Shown: positions 50,439-63,449, counted from the stretch's first letter. The stretch is DNA of 64,000 bases from Octopus vulgaris (GCA_951406725.2 OX597825.1:10726001-10790000), one strand, 5' to 3'. The notes: generated by a model from the sequence alone, not told the origin. Made by a program: numbers and translations.

Positions 50439-50854
50439 GGATCTTTTCGGTTTGAACGGCAGTTTTTTCTAGCGGTGTCATATGAAATTGTCACCCATAA
50501 TTATGACCCTAGTATCGATCTATTGCGTTTCAATCTATTTTATGGTTAGGGTTAGAGGTGGGGGGAAGGTATCTTTTTTTCTTCACAAATGTAAATAAAC
50601 CCAATCTGTTTCTTAAACGAGGGACATATTCATACGGCAAAGAATGTTGTTTACCTCAATGGACGTCATTGATTGGTTGAAATTGCAGAAATTGAAGAAA
50701 AAAAACCACAAATATATTACAAACTATAGAATTTTCTCAATAAAGCCAAGAGAAAAAGATGTTTTATAAACACATTCTACCAGTATACGAAGTTTAAAAT
50801 TTTTTAGTTACCTAGAAATTATGTTAAAAACTGCCGTTCAAACCAAAAAGATTC
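50439..50854. mobile_element. Second copy of the GGATCT-TIR MITE, just upstream of NSUN5
   Basis: Colinear with 20378-20796; flanks CAAAATGA / CAAAAGGA (7/8 TSD). Confidence 0.88.
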
Positions 50855-51119
50855 CAAAAGGAGACTGGTGCAGATGTGTGTGCTGGCCAATGCTTTAGAA
50901 AAAAGACCATTGGTTAAATTGCATAGATGGCATACGCAGGGGATCTTCCTCAAAAGAGCTGGAGTACTGACAGAAGATATTTTCTATTCACATTGCAGTA
51001 GTCTAATGCGTGAATAATTGCTCTTGCTTGAGGTGCAAAAATCTGCATAAGTAGGAATGGGGAAAATGGACAAGAAAAACTAGCATTGTGGATGAATATC
51101 AGGCCAGAGTATAATCTGG

Positions 51120-51630
51120 CAATGTGCTGTGCTTGAGAGGACCCATCAAGCCAAGTGCACCCATGCTAGTGGCATGTAAAGATCACCTTTTGAGTGTAGG
51201 ACCTCACAGAAGCTAAGTGGCCGAGTTCCTTTTGAGTGTTGGGCCTCACGGAGGCAATGACTGAGACCTTTGGCATTATGTTGTGCTTGAGAAGAAAACC
51301 CTACAAGCCAAGCAAAATCGCAGTTGTGGCAGATACCGGTGTCATGCAAATTGGCACCAATGCCGGTGGCATGTAAAAGCACTCGGGTGTCCCAAATGGC
51401 ACCTGTGCCGGTGGCACATAAAAGTATATCGGTGTCACACAAATGGTACCCATACCAATGGCATGTAAAAGCACCCGTTACATTCTCGGAGTGGTTGGCA
51501 TTAGGAAGGGCATCCAGTGATAGAAAGCCATGCCAAATCGGATTGGAGTCTGGTGCAGCCTTTCAGCGTACCAGCCTGGTCAAACCGTACAGCCCATGCC
51601 AGCATGGACAACGGATGTTAAACGATGATG
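51120..51630 (+). mobile_element. Longer, older SINE family C copy
   Basis: Repeated ggcatgtaaaagcac units, core and gttaaacgatgatga tail. Confidence 0.75.
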
Positions 51631-51789
51631 AGGAAAGATCTGATTGAGAATGCATGTATGTACGAGTCAGATGTGTGAGTGTAAATGACTCATACATAGT
51701 CCTGTTCATTTACACCAGTGGATCAGTAGTTGTATGTTCATGTGAATGTGGATATGGGTTGTGTAATCTATACCAGTGGGTCAATATAA

Positions 51790-52500
51790 ATAATAATAAT
51801 AATAATGAAATTATTGTATACAGTGCTCAGGTGCACCACAACTTGTCAGAAAGTGCATATAAAGTGTATGCACTAATGTACAAATGTCTGGGAAGTGAAC
51901 TGTGTATGAGTCAGATACATGCTTGCGTGTGTATGGAGGGGACGAAATCAGGTGTAGTATTAGCGAATCTCAGGAAGCATAGAAGTTTTGAAGGATGCAG
52001 TGCTCCGACAACTGACAACTGATGCCGGCAGTTTGTTCCATGCTTCAGCAATTCTTAGCGTGAAAAAGTGTTTCTGAAAGTCATGAGAGCTGTGCTGTTT
52101 TCTGACTTTGTAAACATGTGCACGGGTGTTAGACAGGTGGAGTTTGAAAAGGTGCTCAGAGTTATTGTCAGTAAGATGGTTAATAATTTTATGGGTGTCT
52201 GTCAAGTCAGCTGCCAGACGTCGGAGTTTCAGTGTATCCATGCCCAGGGAAGTAAGGCGTTCAGAATATAGCAAATGCTTGATGGAGGGTATTCTCTTGG
52301 TTGCACGTCGCTGAATGGTTTCCAGACGATTAATATCCTGGGCAAGATAGGGGTTCCAAACGAGTGATGCAAATTCCAGGTGAGGTCGCACCATAGCTAT
52401 ATAAAGCCTTAGATAGATAGCCGGAGAGTGGCTCACAAAGGATTTGCTGAGTGATGCCAAGACACCGTCAGCCTTCTTGGCAATTTTAGTGAACCAATTC
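51790..52500 (-). mobile_element. CR1-like LINE 3' end
   Basis: ORF 51960-52547 LYIAMVRPHLEFAS.VWNPY...IQRRATK...RRLAADL...FFTLR..EAWNKLP; (ATT)n tail; related fragments at 60770-61050 and 63177-63750. Confidence 0.9.
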
Positions 52501-53490
52501 AGCTTTCCAAGCTTAGGAACAAAAGATGCTTTAATAAATTTGGACAACAGAAATATTTAGATGTATAGAGAGGTTAGATGTGGGGGCATCTGCTCCTGCC
52601 TTGCATTGCTGCATTCGCCTCCTGGGTGACCCATCAAGCAGAGTCCTCCATCAGTCCCCATCTCCATCCTCATCTGCCATGACAATATGGTAATGTCGTT
52701 GGCCAAGATGAGCCATCAATCCAGTTGGATCTTCAGTGAGGAGAACGCAGTAAGCAGAGCCTAACTCAAAAATTTAGCGACATGGCCAAACAAAGAGATA
52801 CAAAATAAATAACAGACACAGAATTATCAAAATAATTTTATTTTCATATTTTTAATCAGATTCATGTCAGATCACTACCAATCATGTATCACTGGAGATG
52901 AATGAATAAAACAGTTGGTTCTTAAGGTTTAGGAAGAATCAAATCTCAAATTCATAAGTTCATACCCTATCATTGGCATTTGGACTGTTGAGTACCTTAT
53001 GAAAAAAAAATACTCAACTAATTCTTTTAACCAAGAAGAACTTCTTTTGGTTCATCACCTACCTAGCAAACCAATGAGTGAGAATGGTAAAAGGATATTC
53101 TAGTGGTGGTGGGGGGTGTCCTTTTGTTAGAATACTCATATTTAGGTGACTTCCTTAGGGTGATATAAAACTGCACTAGAAATAAATGACTTTAATCCAT
53201 AACCCAGGACGTCTTGCATAAGTCCAGTTTTGACCATGTATGCTCATTAACTTGGGTTTAATTTGGTGTTTATCTTTTTACCCAACAAACCACTTTGATT
53301 AAAGAATAAACATGCTCCTATCATAACTAGACTAAATTGGTATATACATCCATCCATACACACGTATATATTCACACACACGTATATATTCACACACACA
53401 TAGATACATACATATAAATATGTACATATACAGACACACACACATATATAAATATAAATACATATATATACATAAATACATACATATATA

Positions 53491-54719
53491 CAAGGTGTGA
53501 GGGGTATTTGGGGACATTTCGGTTTTTGTTCATTACACCTTCAAATTGTTTAATGTATCACATGTTTTTCAGATTACCCTTTCAAGATGTCAAGCTAAAT
53601 CAAGAAATGAAAAAATCAGGCAGTCATAGATGCTAAACATGCAAACTACAGTCATTTATAAATTAGCAACTTTCTAAATGTTGCAAAATCATTTGTAGAC
53701 AAAATTCAGTTGGAATTGAAGGCATGTGATGGCAACGTTTCACTTATATGAAAGGGAGAAGAAACATTCACGATGCCCAGATACTAAAAGGACACCAGAA
53801 TTTATACATATTCAAAACATTATTGATGAAAACCTCAGAAGATCAATGAGGTCCAACACTAAAGAACTTCGGGTGTCAAAGTGGACTATCAGAACTGTGG
53901 TACATCATGACATTCGATACAAGTCCTATGTAATGAGGAAAGGCCAATTTGTGTCTGTAAAGACACAGGAAAACTGTCTCATCCGTTCAAAATGGTTACT
54001 TGAATAAGTGAAAAACCCTTCTTTGGCTATTCTTCAACCAAGTTCAAAAGTCTAACAGAAGAAATGACAGGTGCTTATGTGCAGATCCTTCTGAAGTACT
54101 CAGGGTGATGCACACGAAATTTCCAGCAACTGTGATGGTTTTAGGAATGGTGAGTAGTGAAGGTCATGGGATGCCTCCCCACTTTTTTCCACTGAGTCTT
54201 AGAATTAATGCTGCTGGATACAATGAGGTACTGGAAACTGTTATCAAACCCTGGATTGATGAAGTATGCAATGGGAGGCCATACATGTTTCAACAAGACT
54301 CAGAACCTTCTCACAAAACCCTTGTCACCCAAGAATGGTTGGCAGACAATCTTTATGATTCTGTAACACCCAATATGTGGTCCCCAAACTTGCCAGATTT
54401 GAACCCCAATTACTACTACATGTGGAGTGCTGTTGAAAGGGGCAGACTAATCGTCATCCTCATAATACCATAGCTTCACTGAAGGTCGCCATTGTCCAGG
54501 TGATGTCCGAAATAAACAGGGACCATAGAGTGTCAGCATGCCAGCAGTTTCGGTCCTGCATTGAAGCGGTCATCGAAGCCAAAAGTAGAATAATTTGCTT
54601 TAAAAAATCATTATCAAGACTAATTGCACAAATGTTTATTCAAATACATATTTATTTGTGCTGAAATATAGTTGTTTCATTGTATACCCAAACTATCCTC
54701 AAATACCCCTTACACCCTG
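53491..54719 (+). mobile_element. Decayed Tc1/mariner-superfamily element, DD37D (maT-like)
   Basis: TA|CAAGGTGTGAGGGGTATTTG...CAAATACCCCTTACACCCTG|TA TIRs; broken ORFs with HTH, VMVLG.VSSEG, FQQDS.PSHK and W.PN.PDLNP motifs. Confidence 0.88.
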
Positions 54720-55956
54720 TATTTATATAAATACATATATACATACATATATACACATACACACAAATATATATATATACATACACACACATATGTATAT
54801 ACATATACACACATGCATATATGAATAAAAAGCAGCTCTAATAATACAAACATTATCAATACTACATACTGGATATGTTATGTTCATATACTCACTAGTT
54901 ATATGTGAATGTGTATATATTTGTATATATATATTCAAAAAATGTTTTGATTAATACTGCATTGAAGGTTCATTCACTTGTAACTTACAGCCCATTCTGG
55001 AGCGAGTCATGCTCCACCAAAGTATCACAACATCCCATCCTGAGAAACACCGATTTCATTCAAAACAATCTTCACAATCACAACTGGGTATGCTCACTCA
55101 TACAAACTACCCTGTACTGTGTCATCTTCATTAATGAATAAATAACTAACCTCATTCACTCAATGTCGAAACACCATCACATTCTCCATGTATACTTCGA
55201 AGATATAAGCATGTCGTTCACATATATTGAACTGGGAAATGTTTTAAGAATAATAATATATCAAATAGAATGTGAGCAGTAACTAGGCAACCACTAATTT
55301 CAGTTTTGATACCAAACTAATCATTCCAGAAATATTAAATACTTTCATATAATTGATAGGATTATGCTATGTCATATATAATTAATTAATAAACAACAAA
55401 TTAAACCAGTTTCTTACAGGTTTAATTATACTTGTTCTGTTGTTTTTATTTAAAACTTTTTATGGTCCCCATTTTTTGTGGTCTTTGTTACTGAAGAATT
55501 ATATTCCCCACTTAAAAAGTAAACAAATTAGTTACAGCTGGTGAAAAAACTCTGGTTATTTATTAATGCTTCTATCACAAACGGAATGTCAGTTTATGAA
55601 GTAAAAGATCAATGATTCCTATTCTGCCATCAGCACTGGGCTGTGTTTACTAAACTCCTGTCAGACTTCAACCTTTAAAATTAAGGCAAAGACCATAGAC
55701 AAATAGAAAATTGAGAGATAATCCCTTTGACACCTAACAAAGGTTAGAATGTCAAAGATTTGGTCACTTATTCCTACAAACTTATTCGCTCTTACGGTGA
55801 TTATTAGCATTAAAAGACAAAGGGTGGTCCCTGTATATTACAAACCAATGAAATATTTTGTTTTAGAGCTACAGAATGAAGATATCAGTAAAACAGAATG
55901 AAAGGAGAGTCGATGGAGGCGACTGACTATCAAACTACTCAGGTAAGAACGAAGAG

Positions 55957-56052
55957 TCACTGAACGACACCTGTTGATAAAAAAAAATGTTTTGAAGGGA
56001 ATTTGATGTTCAATTCAGGACAGACTTCTTGTAGGACAAGTTCAAGAACATT
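55957..56052 (-). CDS. SNX25: SNX25-like last coding exon
   Basis: NVLELVLQEVCPELNIK...VVQ*; ttttcAG acceptor; matches the PXC end (ELLL.ELCPEL). Confidence 0.85.
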   Translation of the reverse strand, partial: NVLELVLQEVCPELNIKFPSKHFFLSTGVVQ

Positions 56053-56544
56053 CTGAAAAAACAAGAAAAAATTATTATTATTATTGAGTGACAGAGCAGT
56101 GCATGCCATCAAAGTGACACTGGGGTAAAATATACGAAGCCCAGTATACCCATCATAACTACCTGTCTGATAAGGGTACACCAAGCACATGCATCACAAC
56201 CATATGTGCGTGATAGGCCCGAGGCTATAGTAGAAGACACTTGCCCAAGGTGCCACGCAGTGGGACTGAACTGGGAACCATGTGGTTGGTAAGCAAGCTA
56301 CTTACCACACAGCCACTCCTGCATCTACCCATTTTCACAACACGACTTCACACACCAACATGCACCTCATCCACTTACATACTTTCACACATACACACAC
56401 ATTTACATATTATATACACTTCCATGACTCTACACACTGCCACATGCATCTGAACACTTTCATCAATCGATAAACTCATACATCCACTTACACATTTCCA
56501 CATACAGACACCTTCACTACTTCACTCATAGATACATCCACACA

Positions 56545-56586
<42 letters not shown>

Positions 56587-56619
56587 CACACACACACACA
56601 AACGCACACACACACACAA

Positions 56620-56658
<39 letters not shown>

Positions 56659-56710
56659 TGTGCACACACACACACACAAACGTGCACACACACACACACA
56701 CAAACACACA
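56545..56710. repeat. (CA)n microsatellite
   Basis: Direct. Confidence 0.95.
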
Positions 56711-56765
56711 GCTTTATAAAAACATGTAGTGGAGTTGGCAATTGGGAAAATGAAACAGGACTTAC

Positions 56766-56866
56766 ATAAAACAGCTGCTTGTTTAACTGGACATCTTGTA
56801 GAATTTCAAATATTTTAATGGTCCCTTGTCTTGCATTGTCATCACCGACCAATGTCTTTAGTACGT
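56766..56866 (-). CDS. SNX25: SNX25-like exon (PXC domain)
   Basis: [34 protein letters not shown]; ttttAG acceptor, TAT|gtaagt donor. Confidence 0.9.
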
Positions 56867-57022
56867 CTAAAAAATAAAACCAACAAAATGATATATAAAA
56901 AAAGTATATAAAAATAAAACCAACAAAATAATATAACAATCAGTTTTACTATTATGGTCAAGAATTAAGAAGTTGTAAAAGTAGCAGTGTGGAGGCGTGT
57001 GGCTTAGTGGTTAGTGTGTCAG

Positions 57023-57241
57023 AGGGCGGCGAGCTGGCAGAAACGTCAGCACGCCGGGTGAAATGCTTATCGGTATTTCGTCTGCCGTTACGTTCTGAGT
57101 TCAAATTCTGCCGAGGTCGACTTTGCCTTTCATCCTTTCGGGGTCGATAAATTAAGTACCAGTTACGCACTGGGGTCGATGTAATCGACTTAATCTGTTT
57201 GTCCCTTCTGTGTTTAGCCATTTGTGGGTAGTAAAGAAATA
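57023..57241 (+). mobile_element. SINE family B monomer nested in another tRNA SINE (56991-57450)
   Basis: Flanked by ggttagtgtgtcag / ggttagggtgtcag (13/14 TSD). Confidence 0.88.
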
Positions 57242-58061
57242 GGTTAGGGTGTCAGCATCATGATTGCAAGATTGTGGTTTCGATTCCTGGACCGGGCGAC
57301 GCGTTGTGTTCTTGAGCAAAACACTTCATTTCACGTTGCTCCAGTCCACTCAGCTGGAAAAAATGAGTAACGCTGCGATGGACTGGCGTCCCGTCCAGCT
57401 GGGGAACACACACGCCACGGAAACCGGGCCCATGAGCCTGGCTAGGCTTTAAAAAGAGTGCATTTATTTATTTATTAAAAATAGCAGTAAAGATTTTGAT
57501 TTTGTGAAGTGTATTTAGAATGATAGGAATAGAGTCAGTGATGAATGTTGTGAAGGAGAAATGGGATGAAATGGTTGAGTCACGTGTTGAGGAAGGACAA
57601 AAGTAGAGGAAGAAGAGGAGTGAGAAAAAATGGTTAAAAATAATGGGGAAGGACATTTTACTTGTTCCAGTCATTCGAGCACCACCTTGAAGGGTTTTAA
57701 TTGAACAGTTTGACCCCGGTGCTTACTTTTAAAATCTGGTACTTATTCTGTTGTGTCTTTTGAAGAACTGCTAAGATACAGGGATATAAACAAACCAACA
57801 CTGTTGTCAAGTGGTTGGCAGGACAAACATAGGCACAGAGATATATGCTTCCAAACATTTTCTACCTACAAGGCATTGGGTAGCCTGAGGCTATTGTACA
57901 AGACATTTTCCCAAGGTGCCATGTAGGAGGATTGAACCCAAAATGTGGTTAAGAAGCTTGCTTTGCAACCAAGTTTCTTAACCATCCAGTAGTTCTTCTC
58001 TTCACAGCAAACTAACACATCTCAAATATTGCTTCTGTAATATAGCAAGATTTGAACTCTT

Positions 58062-58380
58062 CATCATCATCATCGTTTAACGTCCGTTTTCCATGCTAGC
58101 ATGGGTTGAGAGGTTCGACCGGGGTCTGGGAAGCCAGGAGGCTGCGCCAGGCTCCAGTCTGATCTGGCAGTGTTTCTACGGCTGGATGCCCTTCCTAACG
58201 CCAACCACTCCATGAGTGTAGTGGGTGCTTTTTACATGTCACCGGCACAGGGGTCAGAGGAGGCTGGCAAACGGCCACGATCGGTTGGTGCATTTTATGT
58301 GTCACTGACACGGACGCCAGTCAGGCAGTGCTGGCATCAGCCACATTCGTATGGTGCTTTTTAAGTGCCATTGGCATGGG
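58062..58380 (-). mobile_element. SINE family C
   Basis: Family C core. Confidence 0.88.
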
Positions 58381-58471
58381 TATCATAATTACAATTTCCA
58401 TTTAACCAGCATCATGTCTTCATAATCACAATGTCTCAAATGCAGAAATACAATTTGTCAGAGATACATAC

Positions 58472-58653
58472 CAGGTACATTTTGAATAATTTTCTCTTTT
58501 GCTTCCATTCTGATTTTCATTTTTTCCTCTTCTGTCCTTGGTGGAGATGGCTCAGCCAGAACGCCGTTGGGCCAAAGAGAGTCTTTGAATGTTTTTATGT
58601 AATAAATTAGCATCGAATCAGAGAACATCCAGTCAACAGCCATACGTAATTGT
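58472..58653 (-). CDS. SNX25: SNX25-like exon (PXC domain)
   Basis: QLRMAVDWMFSDSMLIYYIKTFKDSLWPNGVLA...RTEEEK...AKEKIIQNVP; phases 2/1 fit. Confidence 0.92.
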
Positions 58654-58852
58654 CTGAAAGATGAAATGAAAAAAAAAAATTCAAAATACCGCCTTGAAGG
58701 ATTTTAGTTGAACAAATCTTTTTTTTTCCAAAGCCTAGTTCTATCGGTCTCTTTTGCTGAACTACTAAGTTACAGGGACATAAACACACCGACACCAGTT
58801 TTCAAGCAGTGATGGGGGAACAAACACAGACACAAAGACACACACAGATACT

Positions 58853-59064
58853 CTTTTACTCTTTACTCTCTTTTACTCTTTTACTTGTTTCAGTCATTTG
58901 ACTATGGCCATGCTGGAGCACCGCCTTTAGTCAAGCAAATCGACCCCGGGACTTATTCTTTTTGTAAGCCCAGTACTTATTCTATCGGTCTCTTTTGCTG
59001 AACCGCTAAGTGACGGGGACATAAACACACCAGCATCGGTTGTCAAGCAATGCTAGGGGGACAA

Positions 59065-59106
<42 letters not shown>

Positions 59107-59272
59107 GCATATATACGACGGGCTTCTTTCAGTTTCCGTCAACCAAATCCACTCACAAGGCTTTGGTCGGCCCGAGGCTATAGTAGAAGACACTTGCCCA
59201 AGGTGCCACGCAGTGGGACTGAACCCAGAACCATGTGGCTGGTAAACAAGCTACTTACCACACAGCCACTCC
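58853..59272 (-). mobile_element. SINE family A, full length
   Basis: Reverse complement of family A consensus with repeated ctcttttact tail. Confidence 0.9.
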
Positions 59273-59563
59273 TGAAATACATATAAATGAAGGGCTTCTT
59301 TCAGTTTCTGTCTACCAAATCCACTTACAAGGATATAATCAGCCTGAGGCTATAGAAGAAGGCACTTGATCAAAATGCTATGTTTACATTCTTAGAATTT
59401 CCTCTCACAGCAGGGCTTTCCAATATAATATTTAAATTTATTTCATGTCCTTGAGATTGATGTTGTGCATGAAATATATGTTGACTGACAATCTTAAAAA
59501 GCATAAATAATATCAATTAAACTGTTTCAGTAAATCATCCAAACCAAAGAAGCAAAGGCTCAC

Positions 59564-59710
59564 CTATTAATGGGGCCTCCACACATCGCTTCAACACATA
59601 TTATGAAGCTTTTCCGTAACCATTTCAGTGGACCGTGCAGCTCGAAGATTTCATTAATCAAATGGTGTAACGGCTCGGCAATGGAATCGCGGTTCTGTTC
59701 CTCTTTACCA
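59564..59710 (-). CDS. SNX25: SNX25-like exon
   Basis: GKEEQNRDSIAEPLHHLINEIFELHGPLKWLRKSF...GGPIN(R); AAG acceptor, AG|gtgagc donor. Confidence 0.88.
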
Positions 59711-60769
59711 CTTTTAAAAGAAACGAAAAAAAAAAATTTTTCAAAGGAAAAAAAACAAAAAAAAAACAAATAAAAAACATCTCAATATGGTGACTTTATT
59801 GTGTAAGAAACAACACTGGAAATTTGTTGTGGTTTATTATGGATTTTAAGTTCTGCCAATGTCAGCATTATCTGTCATCCTTCGAGGAACAATAAAAGAA
59901 AGTATCAAAGTAATCGACCAGCTCCCACCTTTAAATTTCCAGGCCTTGTGCCTAAAGTAGGAAGGATTATTATTATTATTATTATTATTGAGGCGGTGAG
60001 CTGGCAGAATCGTTAGCACACTGGGATAAATACTCAGCAGCACTTTGGCTCTTGGCACATTCTGAGTTCAAATTCTGTTGAGGTCGACTTTGCCTTTCTT
60101 CCTTTCGGGGTTGATGTAATCAACTATACCCCTCCCCCGAAATTTCAGGCCCCAAAATTATTATCATGAAGGTAGCTAGTTGGCAGAATTGTTAGCATGC
60201 TGGACGAAATGTTTAGTGGTATTTCGCCAGTTGCTATGTTCTGAGTTCAAATTCTGGCGAGGTCGACTTTGCCTTTCATCCTTCCGGGCTTGATAAATTA
60301 AGTACCAGTTATGCACTGGGGTCCATGTAATCGATTAGTCCCCTCCCCAACAATTTCAGACCTTGTGTCTAAAGTAGAAAGGATTATTATTATTATTATC
60401 ATTATTTCTAAAATAGGCACTAGGCCAGAAATTTAAAGGGAGAGGAGCAGTCAATTCGATTGACCCCCCCCCCCCTGGCACTTGACTGGTTCTTTATTCC
60501 ATTTGTCCCAGAAAGGTGACAAGCAAAAATTGATCATGGCAGGATTTGAACTTAGAAACTAAACAGCTGAAACATATACTGCAGAGCAGTTTGCACTGCT
60601 GTCCTTCCTTCCTTGACTAAATGGTAAAAAATGGACTACTGCCACACACCTCGCATAACATTACACAGCCACACAGCATTACACTTCTTATATAAGCTAA
60701 TAATGTCCACTTTCTGTATACAAGGGGGTGCCGGAAAGTTCCTGGCTTTGGGTAAAAGAAAATACTGGA

Positions 60770-61050
60770 GGATCACTGAACACCTTTTTGATCTCCATGT
60801 GTCCAACACACGTGGACATGCCGACAAAGTCAGAAAACAACACAGCTCCCATGACTTTCGGAAACATTTTTTCACGCTCAGAGTTGCTGAAGCATGGAAT
60901 AAACTGCCTGCATCAGTTGTTGACTACCATGACACTGCATCCTTTAAGGCCCTCATGCTTTCCGAAATCCGGCGAAACTACACCTGATTATATATACACT
61001 TTAGATGAGTTGTAGTGCACCTGAGCACTGTACACAATTATTATTGTTAT
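60770..61050 (+). mobile_element. CR1-like LINE 3' fragment
   Basis: EHLFDLHVSNTRGH..KVRKQHSSHDFRKHFFTLRVAEAWNKLP, same family as 51790-52500. Confidence 0.85.
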
Positions 61051-61084
61051 TATTTTAATTATGATTTTATTTAACATATCCTCT

Positions 61085-61353
61085 GTATGTGGCTGATGCC
61101 AGTGCCGCCTTGACTGGCTTCCGTGTCTGTGACACGTAAAAACACCAACCGATCGTGGCCGTTGCCAGCCTCCCTTGGCACGTAAAAAGCACCCACTACA
61201 CTCACGGAGTGGTTGGCCTTAGGAAGGGCATCCAGCTGTAGAGACACTGCCAGATCAGACTGGAGCCTGGCGCAGCCTCCTGGCTTCCCAGACCCCGGTC
61301 GAACCATCCAACCCATGCTAGCCTGGAAACCGGACGTTAAAGATGATGATGAT
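61085..61353 (+). mobile_element. SINE family C (further copies ~61868-62097 and ~62335-62515)
   Basis: Family C core and (GAT)n tail. Confidence 0.88.
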
Positions 61354-61619
61354 ATTCCCCTCTCAGATTCACACAGTTATTGCAAAAGTCTTTCAGTTTT
61401 TCTAAGCCCTGTAAAAGAACTCAGAAGGTTGGGCCTTCAACCAAGCCTTTTGCAATACCCTTAAAGCCAGAGCTTTTTCAGTGCCCCACCCCCTCATAAA
61501 ACAAGAAACTTGTTGTCAACAGAAACATTAACAGCTTCCACATTCCCCTTGTTGACACCCTAACAACAACAACAACAACAACAGCAACAACAACATCAAT
61601 ATTGAACCAGGGAACTTAC

Positions 61620-61679
61620 CCTTCACAGTTAACAAACAGGAATTCATCTTCAGCATCAGTGTCAGAGTTAACAGGGAGT
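61620..61679 (-). CDS. SNX25: SNX25-like 60-nt exon (acidic linker)
   Basis: LPVNSDTDAEDEFLFVNCE; tatccAG acceptor, GG|gtaagt donor; phase 2/2. Confidence 0.78.
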
Positions 61680-62119
61680 CTGGATAAAACAAAGAACATT
61701 CAAAATTAGATTTCATTTTGTCTCTCTGAACTTGTCACGTTAATTAATCTGATAGCAATTAATATTTTCTGTATTAATCAGCTTCTTTATTTAGCTTTCT
61801 GTTTTTAGTTCCCTATTTCAGTCGCTCCAACCTCCAGTAACCTTCAACCCTTTAGCATTCAGATTGCACCAACCGATCGTGGCCGTTTGCCAGCCTCCTC
61901 TGGCCCCTGTGCCGGTGGCATGTAAAAAGCACCCTCCACACTCATGGAGTGGTTGGCGTTAGGAGGGGCATCCAGCTGTAGAAACACTGCCAGACCAGAC
62001 TGGAGCCTGGTGCAGCCTCCTGGCTTCCCAGACCCCAGTCAAACCATCCAACCCATGCTAGCATGGAAAACGGACGTTAAACGATGATGATGATGATTAT
62101 TCTATTAAATGTAGTAGTA

Positions 62120-62161
<42 letters not shown>

Positions 62162-62559
62162 TAGCAACAGCAACAGTAGTAGTGGTATGGGGATTTGCAC
62201 TGTAACAGCACATTACTACATTCACCGTTTTTTGGATTCCCTACTCCTGGTGGCTGGTGCCCCTGCATGATCCTCCAACACATGGGTCTGTTTTGGGTAC
62301 TCAATGTTGGAAAGGGTTTTGAGGTTGGTGCTGGTGGCATGTAAAAAGCACCCAGCACACTCTGTTGAGTGGTTGGCATTAGGAAGGGCATCCAGCTGAA
62401 GGAACATTGCCAGATCAGACTGGGCCTGGTGCAGCCTTCTGGCTTTCCAGACCCCGGTTGAACCGTCCAACTCATGCTAGCATGGAAAACGGACGTTAAA
62501 GGACGATGATGATGATTATTTACATTTGACGGATATTTGTCCCCATCTTGTTTGTTGTT

Positions 62560-62605
62560 AACACAACGTTTCAGCTGATATAACCTCCAGCCTTCATCAG
62601 GTGTC
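62560..62605 (-). ncRNA. Minimal type I hammerhead ribozyme motif, intact core
   Basis: rc GACAC-CTGATGA-a-GGCTG-gaggttatat-CAGCT-GAAACGTT-GTGTT. Confidence 0.72.
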
Positions 62606-62717
62606 TTGGGGAAATTTCGAACCTGGATTCTCATTCCTAAGCTATTTTTCAATGTTACTATACTACTACTACTACTACTACTATCACCACCACCACCACC
62701 ACCACCAATACCACCAG

Positions 62718-62768
<51 letters not shown>

Positions 62769-62836
62769 CACTTCTACTACTACTACTATTATTATTATTA
62801 TTCAGGTCACTGCCTGGAATTGAACTCGGCTACTAA

Positions 62837-62877
62837 CTGATGAAGGCTGGAGGGTATATCAGCCGAAACATTGTGCT
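62837..62877 (+). ncRNA. Hammerhead motif lacking the 5' strand of stem I
   Basis: CTGATGA-a-GGCTG-gagggtatat-CAGCC-GAAACATT-gtgct. Confidence 0.55.
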
Positions 62878-63449
62878 AACAACAAAACAGATGAGGACAA
62901 ATATCCGTCAAATGTAAATAATGTAAATAATGTACATAATTCCTCGTCTCTTGAATACAGAACTGTAATTAAAAACAATTTGAATGAAAAAGCATATCAC
63001 ATCATGTATTATCTCACAGCTTTGAGATTTCAATACTGTGAAAACATTACAACTCTAAAGAAGCCAGTGTTGTTCTTAAACATTTGATCAATTACCTCAG
63101 TGACAACAATTTTACTGAAGCAGAGCTGATCCTAGAGCTAAGTAACCATAACAACTGGAGCATTTATGCGTATTCTTTCAGAAACATCTTTTCACGCTAA
63201 GAGTTGCTGAAGCATGGAACAAACTGCCGGCATCAGTTGTTAGTTGTCGGAGCCCTGCATCCTTCAAAACTTTATAATATCTGTGCTGGAGAAATTGTAC
63301 ATAAATCATGTTATTCTCTTTGTACACAGAAAAATAAAGGAGATTATTTGGATATGTTTTATAGCTGATTAGCCACTTTCCAGAAGATAAGTGCCCCCTT
63401 ATTCATCTGTTTACAAAGAGATCAGAATAGCAAATACTTTTTAAATCAA

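Larger units (their letters stand above)
62516..62965. mobile_element. Second palindromic tRNA-headed hammerhead element (SNX25 intron), with internal (TAC/CAC)n expansion
   Basis: Minus arm 62516-62830, plus arm 62837-62965 ending in ...AGAACTG, the complement of the 7134 terminus. Confidence 0.85.

Noticed and set aside
53726-54473. Functional transposase gene
   Set aside because: Split by frameshifts and stops; the third catalytic Asp region is altered.
62077-62840. 191-aa and poly-Y/H/L ORFs
   Set aside because: Read through SINEs and trinucleotide repeats.
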